Both the position numbers and the translations under genes were made by a program. 64,000 nucleotides of DNA, from positions 416,001 to 480,000 of the forward strand of contig CAXXOA010000001.1 in the NCBI GenBank assembly GCA_963666275.2. The letters run 5' to 3'. The stretch comes from Oceanispirochaeta sp. (GTDB lineage Bacteria; Spirochaetota; Spirochaetia; DSM-2461). The notes below the pieces were generated by a model. That model was not told the origin of the DNA. It ran no database searches and was given only the letters and a program-made list of their open reading frames with translations. Shown here piece after piece: positions 26,003 through 34,552 of this stretch. Position 1 is the stretch's first letter, and every line of letters begins with the position of its first letter.

Positions 26003-27725
26003 ATCCTTTGTCCGGTTTAAACGGGTGGGATTCTCCTATCCCGGAAATCCGGATGAGACCCTTAAAGAGGTAAACTTCTCTATTGCCAGAGGAAGCAGAA
26101 CCCTTATCCTGGGGAGTAACGGTTCCGGGAAAAGTACCCTTGTCCGGCTCATCACGGGGCTTCTGACTCCCCGGGCCGGTGAGGTCCTGACCTCCGGGCT
26201 GAATACAGCGGCAGAAGAGAACCGCAGAACCATCCGGGAAAGGGCGGGGCTGCTGTTTCAGAATCCCTCCTCCCAGATCGTTGCCACTGTGGTCCGGGAA
26301 GACGCGGCTTTCGGTCCCGAAAACCTGGGACTGGCCAGTCAGGAGATCCGGGAGAGGGTCCGGAACGCTCTGGAGAGAACAGGTCTTTCCCCCCTCTCCC
26401 GCAGAGCCACCCATGATCTTTCGGCGGGGCAGCAGCAGAGACTCTCTCTGGCCGGGGTCCTGGCGCTGGGTTCGGGCTGTCTTATCCTGGACGAAGCGGC
26501 TTCCATGCTGAATCCCTCGGCCCGCAGAGATATGGATCTGCTTCTGGATGACCTTTACAGCCGGGGATACACGATCATTCAGGTCTCCCATTTTATGGAA
26601 CAGATCCTGGAAGCCGACCATATCCTGATCCTCAACAGGGGCGAACTGGTCTTCGACGGTAATAAAGAGGAGCTTCTGGAACAGGCGGATCATCTTGCCG
26701 GATGGTCGCTGAAACTGCCGGAAGTGGTCACCCTGTCCAGGAGCCTTCAGCTCCCCCTCTGTCTGGATGAACAGACCCTTAGCTCTCGTATAAAAGAGAA
26801 ATTTCCTGAAAACCCGGGTTCCGGGAATAGTCCTTTCAGCGGATATGAATCTTCCGCCCCGGACCATGAGGCTCCCCTCCTTGTTCTCAATAGAGTGAAC
26901 TTTGATTATAACAGCCGCAGACCGAATCCTGTTCCCGCTGTGAGAAATCTGGATTTTTCCTTTTTCCGGGGGGAAACGGCCGTGTTTATGGGGACTACAG
27001 GCTCGGGAAAGTCTACGATCCTTCAGATTCTGAACTCCCTGCTTCTGCCTCAGGAGGGACGTGTCTCCCTGCTGGGTGAGAATCCTCTGGACAGGAAATG
27101 CGATCTTACAGGGCTGCGCCGCCGGATAGGACTGGTTATGCAGCAGCCTGAAAAACAGCTTTTTGCCCCCCTGACGGGGGATGATATCGCCTATGGACCC
27201 AAACTGCAGGGGTTGAAGGGCAGGGAATTGGCTCTCCGGGTGAAAGAAGCCATGGAGCTTATGGAACTTTCCTATAAAACCTTCCGGGACAAACCTGTGA
27301 GGGCTTTGAGCGGGGGGCAGAAGCGCAAGGTCGCCCTGGCGGGCATTCTGGCAATGAAACCGGAAATCCTCCTTCTGGATGAACCCACCGCCGGACTGGA
27401 TCCGCTCTCCCGGGATCATCTGGAAAGGCTTATGCTCAGCCTCAGGGAAGAGGGGATCAGTCTGATCTTTTCAACCCATGACGTGGAGCAGGCCGTCCGC
27501 CTGGGATCCCGCCTTATCGTTATGGATCAGGGGGAGAAAGCCTTCGACGGAAATCCTCTGGATTTTTTTCTCCGCCATGATCCGGCCCTCTACGGCCTGG
27601 AATCTCCTCTGGCTTTCAGAATCTGGCAGAATGCGGGAAAAGGGGGCCGGGTTCCTCTCCTGCCGGAAGAGCTGGTTACCCGGCTGCAGGCGGAAATCCC
27701 CGCAGGGAAGGGGAGTGGCCTATGA
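25989..27725 (+). CDS. ECF transporter ATPase, fused EcfA1-EcfA2
   Basis: Two ABC domains (GSNGSGKST/LSAGQQQR and GTTGSGKST/LSGGQKRK) with ECF-type FQNP..Q and QQPEKQLF Q-helices. Confidence 0.92.
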   Translation: MDSSESFVRFKRVGFSYPGNPDETLKEVNFSIARGSRTLILGSNGSGKSTLVRLITGLLTPRAGEVLTSGLNTAAEENRRTIRERAGLLFQNPSSQIVATVVREDAAFGPENLGLASQEIRERVRNALERTGLSPLSRRATHDLSAGQQQRLSLAGVLALGSGCLILDEAASMLNPSARRDMDLLLDDLYSRGYTIIQVSHFMEQILEADHILILNRGELVFDGNKEELLEQADHLAGWSLKLPEVVTLSRSLQLPLCLDEQTLSSRIKEKFPENPGSGNSPFSGYESSAPDHEAPLLVLNRVNFDYNSRRPNPVPAVRNLDFSFFRGETAVFMGTTGSGKSTILQILNSLLLPQEGRVSLLGENPLDRKCDLTGLRRRIGLVMQQPEKQLFAPLTGDDIAYGPKLQGLKGRELALRVKEAMELMELSYKTFRDKPVRALSGGQKRKVALAGILAMKPEILLLDEPTAGLDPLSRDHLERLMLSLREEGISLIFSTHDVEQAVRLGSRLIVMDQGEKAFDGNPLDFFLRHDPALYGLESPLAFRIWQNAGKGGRVPLLPEELVTRLQAEIPAGKGSGL

Positions 27726-28591
27726 GAAACTTTGATTTTTCAGGGACCATGGCCCTGGGGCAGTATGAACCGGGAGACTCGTACCTTCACAGACTGGTTC
27801 CGGGGGTCAAACTCCTTTCGGCGTTTCTCCTTGTCAGCGTGGTTCTCTTCTCTCCGCTGTACCCTGTACTGCCCCTTCTTTTCCTTTTCTTTGCGGTTCT
27901 TGCCCGGGCGGCGGATCTTAAAATCCGGTATCTTATGAAAGGAGTGAAACCTGTCCTCCCTTTCCTGATTCTCATCGGCATCATTCAGGTCTTTTTTATC
28001 TCCCGGGATCCTCTGGGGGAGCCGCTGTTTGTCTACCGGTTTCTCAGGATCTATCCTGTGGATCTGTATGAAACGGCTCAGCTTTTTGCCCGGTTTTTCT
28101 GCCTGGTCCTTCTGCTGTCCCTGTTTAATGCGGTAACGCCTCTGACCGAGATCAGTCACGGTACCGAGTTCCTTCTCCGCCCTCTGGGAAAGAAATCCGG
28201 GGCGGCCCACGACATGTCTCTGATCGTGACCATTACCTTCCGTTTCATTCCCATCCTGGCCCAGGAGGCGGAAAGCATTACCAAAGCCCAGGCGGCCAGA
28301 GGAGGAGAGTTCGGAACCTGGAAAACTGGATTTCTGAGAAAGGTCAGGCTCTATGTGCCCCTGATCGTGCCGCTTTTTATTGCCGCCCTGGACAGGGCGG
28401 AGATTCTTGTGGAGGCCATGGAGTCCCGCTGCTACACACCGGGGCGCCACAGGACCAGGCTGGACGAGTATCACTGGCAGAGACGGGATACCCTGGCTAT
28501 TACCGGAGTGGGAGGACTCTTTCTCATCCTTCTGTTACTGCGTCTGTTTCAGTTCCCTTTACCCGGGCTGTCCCCTTTCTTTTTGCAATAG
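27722..28591 (+). CDS. ecfT: ECF transporter transmembrane component T
   Basis: LGQYEPGDSYLHRL, RFIP, AQAARG and AMESRCY motifs. Confidence 0.92.
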   Translation: MRNFDFSGTMALGQYEPGDSYLHRLVPGVKLLSAFLLVSVVLFSPLYPVLPLLFLFFAVLARAADLKIRYLMKGVKPVLPFLILIGIIQVFFISRDPLGEPLFVYRFLRIYPVDLYETAQLFARFFCLVLLLSLFNAVTPLTEISHGTEFLLRPLGKKSGAAHDMSLIVTITFRFIPILAQEAESITKAQAARGGEFGTWKTGFLRKVRLYVPLIVPLFIAALDRAEILVEAMESRCYTPGRHRTRLDEYHWQRRDTLAITGVGGLFLILLLLRLFQFPLPGLSPFFLQ

Positions 28592-28664
28592 CCAGGGAGA
28601 GGGATCATATTTTAGGTTGTATAAGGTGTTTTTCCCCGGGAGAATCCCCTTTTGAATAATGGTA

Positions 28665-28692
28665 ACCCCTGGATCCGGAAGGACCGGGAGGT
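28665..28692 (+). ncRNA. Cis-regulatory hairpin with two bulged A residues, pan RNA motif-like (copy 2)
   Basis: ACC-CCUGG-A-UCC-GGAA-GGA-CCGGG-A-GGU, immediately before the SD AAGGAG of the S component. It shows compensatory base-pair changes relative to copy 1. Confidence 0.68.
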
Positions 28693-28706
28693 GAAAGGAG
28701 TTGTGT

Positions 28707-29282
28707 ATGAGTGATTCAAGCCGTACAAAAAAAATTGTTATAGCCGGAGTTATGGCGGCTATATCTGTCGTCCTGGGTGCCACCAGACTGGGGTTTATCC
28801 CCTGGCTGTCCGGTGCCTCTCTGACTGTCATGCATGTGCCAGTTATTATCGGCGCCATCCTGGAGGGTCCCGTGGTCGGTATGGTCATAGGATTTATCTT
28901 CGGCCTCTTCAGTCTGATCCAGGCCGCCGTGTCGCCCACCGGACCGGTGGATGTGTTCTTTACCAATCCTCTGGTATCGATCCTTCCCAGGATCCTGATC
29001 GGCGCCACAACATGGCTTGTCTATGGTGCTTTCCGTGACAGATGGCTCCCCGTGGCTGTGATCCTTTCCTCCGTGGTGGGAAGCCTGACAAACACTGTGC
29101 TTGTTCTGGGCGCTCTGGGCGTGGCGGGAGCTCTCCCCTGGCAGCTTGTGGGAACAATCACTGTTATCAACGGCCTTCCCGAAGCAGGGGCGGCTGCCCT
29201 GATTTCCATTGCGGTGATCACCTCATGGAAGTCCATCAGTCTGAACCGAAAATCCAAACTTGACGATCTGGAAGAGAAATAA
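28707..29282 (+). CDS. ECF transporter S component, PanT-like (predicted pantothenate)
   Basis: LGFIP...TVMHVPVIIGAILEGP..G, SILPRILIG, GSLTNTVLVL and NGLPEA motifs. Translationally coupled to coaX. Confidence 0.85.
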   Translation: MSDSSRTKKIVIAGVMAAISVVLGATRLGFIPWLSGASLTVMHVPVIIGAILEGPVVGMVIGFIFGLFSLIQAAVSPTGPVDVFFTNPLVSILPRILIGATTWLVYGAFRDRWLPVAVILSSVVGSLTNTVLVLGALGVAGALPWQLVGTITVINGLPEAGAAALISIAVITSWKSISLNRKSKLDDLEEK

Positions 29283-30064
29283 TGCTGCTGGCTGTAGATA
29301 TAGGAAACACGAATATTGTGCTGGGTATCCATAACGGGGAAACCTGGCTTAACCATTGGAGAATCTGTACGGATCCCGCCAAAATGCCCGATGAATACGG
29401 GGTTCTTGTGCGGGATCTTCTCAGGGAAGAGGGCATCCACCGCCGGGAAGTTTCCCAGTCCGTGATAAGCAGCGTGGTGCCCGGCCTGACCGCCAAAATC
29501 CGGGATATGATTGAAAAACTGTTTTCTTTCACCCCTCTTATCGTGGGGCCCGGGGTCAAAACAGGGCTGAAGATCCTGATTGAAAATCCTGCCGAGCTGG
29601 GAACGGACATTGTGTGCAATGCCGTGGCCGCCTACAACAGAATACAGGGGAATCTGATTGTTGTGGACTTCGGTACGGCCCTGACCTTCACAGCCGTGAG
29701 AGAACCCGGAGAGATCCTGGGGGTTTCCATTGCTCCGGGCCTTCAGGCCGCAGCGGAAGCCCTGTCGGAGCATACGGCTCAGCTGCCTCAGGTCTGGCTG
29801 GAACCTCCGCAGAATGCCATCGGGAAGAATACGATCAAATCGGTTCAGTCGGGAGTTGTCTTCGGCTACACCGGCCTTGTGGAATCCCTGATCGACAGGA
29901 TGAAAAAAGAGCTGGGCGGGGATGTTTCGGTTATCGGTACTGGCGGCCGCTCCGGGGTCATCGCCCCCTTAACAGACCGGTTTACCATGATAGAACCCTG
30001 GCTGATCCTGGAAGGTCTGCGCCTGATCGGCACAAGAAACAGGAAATTTTTTCAGGAACAATAA
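29282..30064 (+). CDS. coaX: Type III pantothenate kinase
   Basis: MLLAVDIGNTN, SSVVP, LGTD, VVDFGTALT, IAPG and IGTGG motifs. Confidence 0.95.
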   Translation: MLLAVDIGNTNIVLGIHNGETWLNHWRICTDPAKMPDEYGVLVRDLLREEGIHRREVSQSVISSVVPGLTAKIRDMIEKLFSFTPLIVGPGVKTGLKILIENPAELGTDIVCNAVAAYNRIQGNLIVVDFGTALTFTAVREPGEILGVSIAPGLQAAAEALSEHTAQLPQVWLEPPQNAIGKNTIKSVQSGVVFGYTGLVESLIDRMKKELGGDVSVIGTGGRSGVIAPLTDRFTMIEPWLILEGLRLIGTRNRKFFQEQ

Positions 30065-30127
30065 TTTTTTTTCCCGGTGTTTTATACCATACTTTACTAA
30101 AGCAGATACTGTTTTAAAGGAGTTTAT

Positions 30128-30376
30128 ATGGAATATCAGATCGTAGCGATAAAGATCGGACACCGGGAAGACAAGGCCACGGCGGTGCAGGATGTGCTGA
30201 CAAAATTCGGATGCAATATCAAAGTCCGCCTGGGCCTTCATGATCTGCCCGAAGGAGCCTGTTCTCCCTCGGGCCTGATTCTCCTTCAGGTTTCGGCAGA
30301 GGAGAAAGAGCTGAAGGTCTTTCTGGATCAGCTGAACAGCATGGAAGAAGTGACGGCCCGGTCTCTGACTATCTGA
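30128..30376 (+). CDS. Small ACT/NikR-C-like protein (TM1266, putative iron-only hydrogenase regulator family)
   Basis: 82 aa with the R...A..VQ.VLT.FGC.IK.RLGLH motif and SD AAGGAG. Confidence 0.75.
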   Translation: MEYQIVAIKIGHREDKATAVQDVLTKFGCNIKVRLGLHDLPEGACSPSGLILLQVSAEEKELKVFLDQLNSMEEVTARSLTI

Positions 30377-30415
30377 GTTTTAAAAACTCGCATTATAGCT
30401 GTGAATCTTCAGATC

Positions 30416-30440
30416 AGCCCCTCATTCTGTGGGGCTTTTT
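30416..30440 (+). terminator. Rho-independent terminator
   Basis: AGCCCC...GGGGCT stem followed by a T-run. Confidence 0.65.
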
Positions 30441-30525
30441 CAGCAGGAAAGTTTCATTCGGCTGCTTCTACATAAACAAACGGCATATTATGGGGAAACA
30501 GCAGGTCGAAGATCAATCGGCCAAT

Positions 30526-32268
30526 CTATGGCTTCACCGCCAGGAAATCGGGGGAACCCTTGGCTTCTTTTTTCAACGCCATAATCTGCCGGGTAAAGTC
30601 TTCCAGAGAGTCTGCTGCGGTATGGGACAGGTCTATCAGGGCGGCGCTCACTGTCAGAAGGGGGAAGTTCCTGAGCTTTCCGTTTCTGTCTTTTCCCCTG
30701 ATACAGCCCCGGTCTCGATCCTCCTCGCTGTAGTAGGAGGACACATTCCTAGTGAACTTATCCTGAATGGTTCTGATTTTTTCCAGTATCTCCTCTCTTT
30801 CCCTGTTATTCTGAAAAATCACTATGAAATCATCTCCCCCTATATGACCGATAAAGTCTTTAGAAAGGGATAACTCTTTTTTGAGTATTTCCGTAAAAAG
30901 GACAATCACCCTGTCTCCCAGGCGGAAACCGTACATATCGTTATAGGGTTTGAAATTGTTGAAATCGAAATACACAACCGTGCAGGGAGAACTATCGCTC
31001 TCTTTCAGGATCCTGGTCAGTTTGCGGTTGATGGCAAAATTCCCCGGCAGCCTGGTCAGCGGGTTCTGATCCCGGGCTTTGGCCACCTCTTTTTCATTGA
31101 TCAGGTCGATCAGACGGGAGGGTTCCAGAATCCCGAGATACCTGCCCTGCCTGGTGATGATAATCCCCGGAGATTCAGGCATAGTGGCTGCTGTTTTCAT
31201 AAAGGATTCCAGGCTTTTATGCTCTTCCGACACGGGGATACGGGAAAGAAACGACTCCAGACCTTTGGAGTGGCTTTTATTCCGGAAAAGTGAAATCCCG
31301 TAGGGGGAGTAAACGTAGTTTTTCAGATCCTTCTGCCGGATACAGCCCAGGGGCTGTTCCAGATGATCCACAACAGGAATCAGCGAGATGTCCTCGTTTT
31401 TGAAGCGTTCCAGAATCTGTTCACAATCCGTGAAGAGAGTAATGGGGGCAATCCGGGTCAGTTTTCTATCCAGAATGGACGCAGCCCTTTCTCCCTCTCT
31501 CCTGCCGTATGCACTGTTTTCCCTATCCAGATTGTAGCTGTCCAGGAGCCGGGTAAGATCCGTTTCAGGCCTGGCAATGTAATACCCCTGGAGAAAGTCG
31601 CATCCTATAAGACGGCAGAAATTCAGTTCCTCCCGGGTTTCGATCCCTTCTGCAACCACTTTTATACCCATCAGATGGGCCATATTGACTATATTCTCTG
31701 CAAAAAGCTTCTTCTTGGGATCATCCTGAATCCCCTCGATAAAGAAGCGGTCAATTTTGACAATATCCGGATTGGAGTGATAGAGGAGCTGCAGCCCCGA
31801 ATATCCCGAGCCGTAATCGTCAATGGCAATTCTGAAGTTCTGATCCTTGTAATCTTTGAGGATTTCACTGGCATTGCTGTAGGGGTTGAACTCATGTCGC
31901 TCTGATATTTCAAAAAACAGACTGGATTTCTTGATCCCCAGCTCCCTGAGCAGTTCATCCGTATTGCCCGGATGGTAGTCGGGCATTTCCAGAACCCGGT
32001 TGTCCAGATTGTAGAACAGGCACTTGTTTTCCATCCCCCTTGTGGACTGGAATTTGCTGATGGCCTTCCTTCTCAGTTCCAGATCCAGAGCATAGAGCGC
32101 CTTGTCACTGAACGCTTCATCCAGAAGAGAAAAAATACTCTCAAAGCCGCAATGCCTATAGTTCCTCAGTAGGGCTTCATACCCGAACACATCTCCCGTG
32201 AAGCTGTTGACTATGGGCTGAAACGCATAATCCAGCCGGGCGGCCCTGTCCTTCCAGTTTTTTGTCAT
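30526..32268 (-). CDS. EAL-CBS-GGDEF c-di-GMP turnover protein
   Basis: FQPIV, YEALLR, EISE, IDDYGSGYS, KIDR and EGIE (EAL); a CBS-like middle; NPLTRLPGN and GHIGGDDF (GGDEF). ATG 32268 is preferred (the ORF opens at 32310). Confidence 0.92.
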   Translation of the reverse strand: MTKNWKDRAARLDYAFQPIVNSFTGDVFGYEALLRNYRHCGFESIFSLLDEAFSDKALYALDLELRRKAISKFQSTRGMENKCLFYNLDNRVLEMPDYHPGNTDELLRELGIKKSSLFFEISERHEFNPYSNASEILKDYKDQNFRIAIDDYGSGYSGLQLLYHSNPDIVKIDRFFIEGIQDDPKKKLFAENIVNMAHLMGIKVVAEGIETREELNFCRLIGCDFLQGYYIARPETDLTRLLDSYNLDRENSAYGRREGERAASILDRKLTRIAPITLFTDCEQILERFKNEDISLIPVVDHLEQPLGCIRQKDLKNYVYSPYGISLFRNKSHSKGLESFLSRIPVSEEHKSLESFMKTAATMPESPGIIITRQGRYLGILEPSRLIDLINEKEVAKARDQNPLTRLPGNFAINRKLTRILKESDSSPCTVVYFDFNNFKPYNDMYGFRLGDRVIVLFTEILKKELSLSKDFIGHIGGDDFIVIFQNNREREEILEKIRTIQDKFTRNVSSYYSEEDRDRGCIRGKDRNGKLRNFPLLTVSAALIDLSHTAADSLEDFTRQIMALKKEAKGSPDFLAVKP

Positions 32269-32365
32269 ACTTAATTTTTCCGTTTGGAATATATTTTCTA
32301 AAACAAGCATCAGCAGTCTACATCCACAATCAATGAGTTTTTCATTATTCTTTATCTTCCCCTCG

Positions 32366-32468
32366 AATTGTTAGCAATTGATGAGAATTTCTTTGCCGAT
32401 TGGTTAAGTTGGGAAAAAGTTCTCCTGTCATCAATTAATAACAGGATATTGACCGGAATCTGACAATA
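32366..32468. promoter_or_regulatory. Divergent arrays of 11-bp direct repeats, PhoB/OmpR-box-like
   Basis: Plus strand 32425-32468: CTGTCATCAAT/TAATAACAGGA/TATTGACCGGA/ATCTGACAATA. Minus strand 32409-32366: ACTTAACCAAT/CGGCAAAGAAA/TTCTCATCAAT/TGCTAACAATT. Confidence 0.5.
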
Positions 32469-32519
32469 CCCGGGTAAAACCCTAACTGTGAATGATCAGA
32501 TCAGAGAGGAGTTTCCGGA

Positions 32520-33587
32520 ATGAAGATAGTGTATGGTTGCAACGGAGAGGGAAATGGTCATGCCGCCAGGACAGCCGCCCTCTGGCCGGAGCTGAAAAAT
32601 ACCCTTGATATGACAGTCTGGTGTCCCCCATCCATTGAGGGGTTTCTCAGAGAGAAGTGTCCGGATATTAAGATCCGGAGTATTCCGGGACTTCACTTTT
32701 CCCTCAAAGATCACAAGGTGGATTACTGGGGTACTCTTCTTATGAACTCCTCCCTGCTGGGGAAGATGAACAGGATTGTCAGTGATCTGGCGGATCAAAT
32801 GGTTCAAACCGGTGTGCAGGGAGTTCTCAGCGATTTTGAACCTCTTACGGCTCTGGCTGCGGCCAGGGCGGGGATCCCTCTGATTAACCTGAATCATCCT
32901 GCTGTGGTCCGCAGATCAATTTCCCTGCTCCCCGATGCGCTGAGTGCCAAACTGGTGGCAACCTTCATGACCCCCCCGGCCCAGAAAAATCTGATCTGTT
33001 CTTTCTATGACGGCGATGTGGGGCCTATCCTGCGGGAGGAGATCAGAAGGGCCGTTCCTTCAAAAGGGAGGTATCTCCTTGTGTATGTCAAACAATCCTC
33101 CGAGGAGAGGATCCGTTCCATTCTGTCGGATTTTCCCGGCCGGGAGTTCCATTTCTTTCCCGATTCCCGCCGGAATTTTGTGACCTCCCTGGCAGGATGC
33201 GCCGGCGTCATTGCGCCGGCGGGGCATCAGCTCCTCTCTGAAGCTCTCTTTCTGAAAAAGCCTGTTCTGGCTATACCCCAGGAGGGCCAGTTCGAACAGC
33301 GCCTCAATGCGCGGATGCTCAGAGCCAGCGGCTGGGGCAGAGGGACGGATCTGAAAAATCTTAAAAAAGATCTCCCCCGGTTTCTGGATGACCTGGACTG
33401 CTTTCCCTTTCCCTCCGATCCTTTCTACCGTTTTCTTACAGAGGATTCCACCGCCCTGACCGCCGGGATTATCAGAGAGTTTTTTGAAATGGAAACGGTT
33501 CGGGAAAAACTCTCCCCCCGGGTGAGCTGCGATTTCCTCAGCTACATTCCCGAACGGGTCAGAAGGCTGCGGGAACTGACTGCCTAG
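32520..33587 (+). CDS. Glycosyltransferase (MJ1255/VC2487-like, GT-B fold)
   Basis: MKIVYGCNGEGNGHAAR, SDFEP, AGHQLLSEAL and P..GQFEQ..NA motifs. Confidence 0.88.
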   Translation: MKIVYGCNGEGNGHAARTAALWPELKNTLDMTVWCPPSIEGFLREKCPDIKIRSIPGLHFSLKDHKVDYWGTLLMNSSLLGKMNRIVSDLADQMVQTGVQGVLSDFEPLTALAAARAGIPLINLNHPAVVRRSISLLPDALSAKLVATFMTPPAQKNLICSFYDGDVGPILREEIRRAVPSKGRYLLVYVKQSSEERIRSILSDFPGREFHFFPDSRRNFVTSLAGCAGVIAPAGHQLLSEALFLKKPVLAIPQEGQFEQRLNARMLRASGWGRGTDLKNLKKDLPRFLDDLDCFPFPSDPFYRFLTEDSTALTAGIIREFFEMETVREKLSPRVSCDFLSYIPERVRRLRELTA

Positions 33588-33692
33588 TCCTCTAATTTTT
33601 CAAAAAGTTTTGAGATTTTCCGAAATTCTTATTATAGTAAACAGGGCTGTCTTTTATAATTCAGCTGTTGAGATAATAAGGAGCATTAGTAA

Positions 33693-34550
33693 ATGAAAAA
33701 AGTTGTATTCAGATTTTCAGTTTTAACACTGCTGGTTCTATGGCTGGCAGGATGCGGTTCCCTTCCCACGGGAGGAGGCCTCTCCCTTTCCGAGCTGGCG
33801 GGAAACAAAATATCCTCTGCTATGGGACTGGATGACCTGGCCGTGGAAATGCAGGCCATGGAGTTCTTTGCTCTCTATGCGGTTTACGGCTTTTACGGCG
33901 GCTACAGCTATGAAACGGGCTTTACCGAAGGAGAGGGAGTCAGATGGTCCCACCAGTCGGAAGATCCTGAGGGAGAGTCTGCAAGCAGTAAGTACGAACG
34001 GGTCTTTCTGAAGGACCTGGGCGAAGGCCGGGGCTGGTGGAGACTGACTGTAACCACCGAAGATGAGAGTTCCGAATATGAGTACCTTCTGACAGAAGAC
34101 TCGGATTTTGAGGTTGTCCGGTTCCGGGATCCCGATACGGGAGAGATTGTTGAATACAGACCAGAAGTGGATGAGAACGAAATGGACGAACAGGCCTTTG
34201 AAAAAGAACTGGATGAAGAGTATGATACAGAGTCCGATCTGAATGAAGAGTATGAAGATATGGAGGATTATGAAACCTACGATGAGGCTGAGTACTCCCA
34301 GTACAGCCTGGGAGAGGAACGGATCACTGTAGGGGCCGGGACTTTTACAGCGGAGCATATGGTTTCGGAATACAGAGATGATTCGGATCCTGAAAATATT
34401 GTTGATATCCGTTCAGACTGGTGGATCAGTGAATCCGTTCCGGGAGGCGTTGTCCGTTATCTCTGGGAGAACAGGGAAGAGGGGGGACTGCTGACAAGTG
34501 AACTGGATGAGATCCTCAGCGGACAAACCACAAAACTGGAGTCTTTTTAG
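33693..34550 (+). CDS. Acidic lipoprotein of unknown function
   Basis: Lipobox LAG-C, a very D/E-rich segment, and a C-terminal ITVGAGTF beta-rich region. Confidence 0.75.
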   Translation: MKKVVFRFSVLTLLVLWLAGCGSLPTGGGLSLSELAGNKISSAMGLDDLAVEMQAMEFFALYAVYGFYGGYSYETGFTEGEGVRWSHQSEDPEGESASSKYERVFLKDLGEGRGWWRLTVTTEDESSEYEYLLTEDSDFEVVRFRDPDTGEIVEYRPEVDENEMDEQAFEKELDEEYDTESDLNEEYEDMEDYETYDEAEYSQYSLGEERITVGAGTFTAEHMVSEYRDDSDPENIVDIRSDWWISESVPGGVVRYLWENREEGGLLTSELDEILSGQTTKLESF

Positions 34551-34552
34551 CA

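Noticed and set aside
25875..27419. 514-aa antisense ORF
   Set aside because: Shadow of the ECF ATPase gene.
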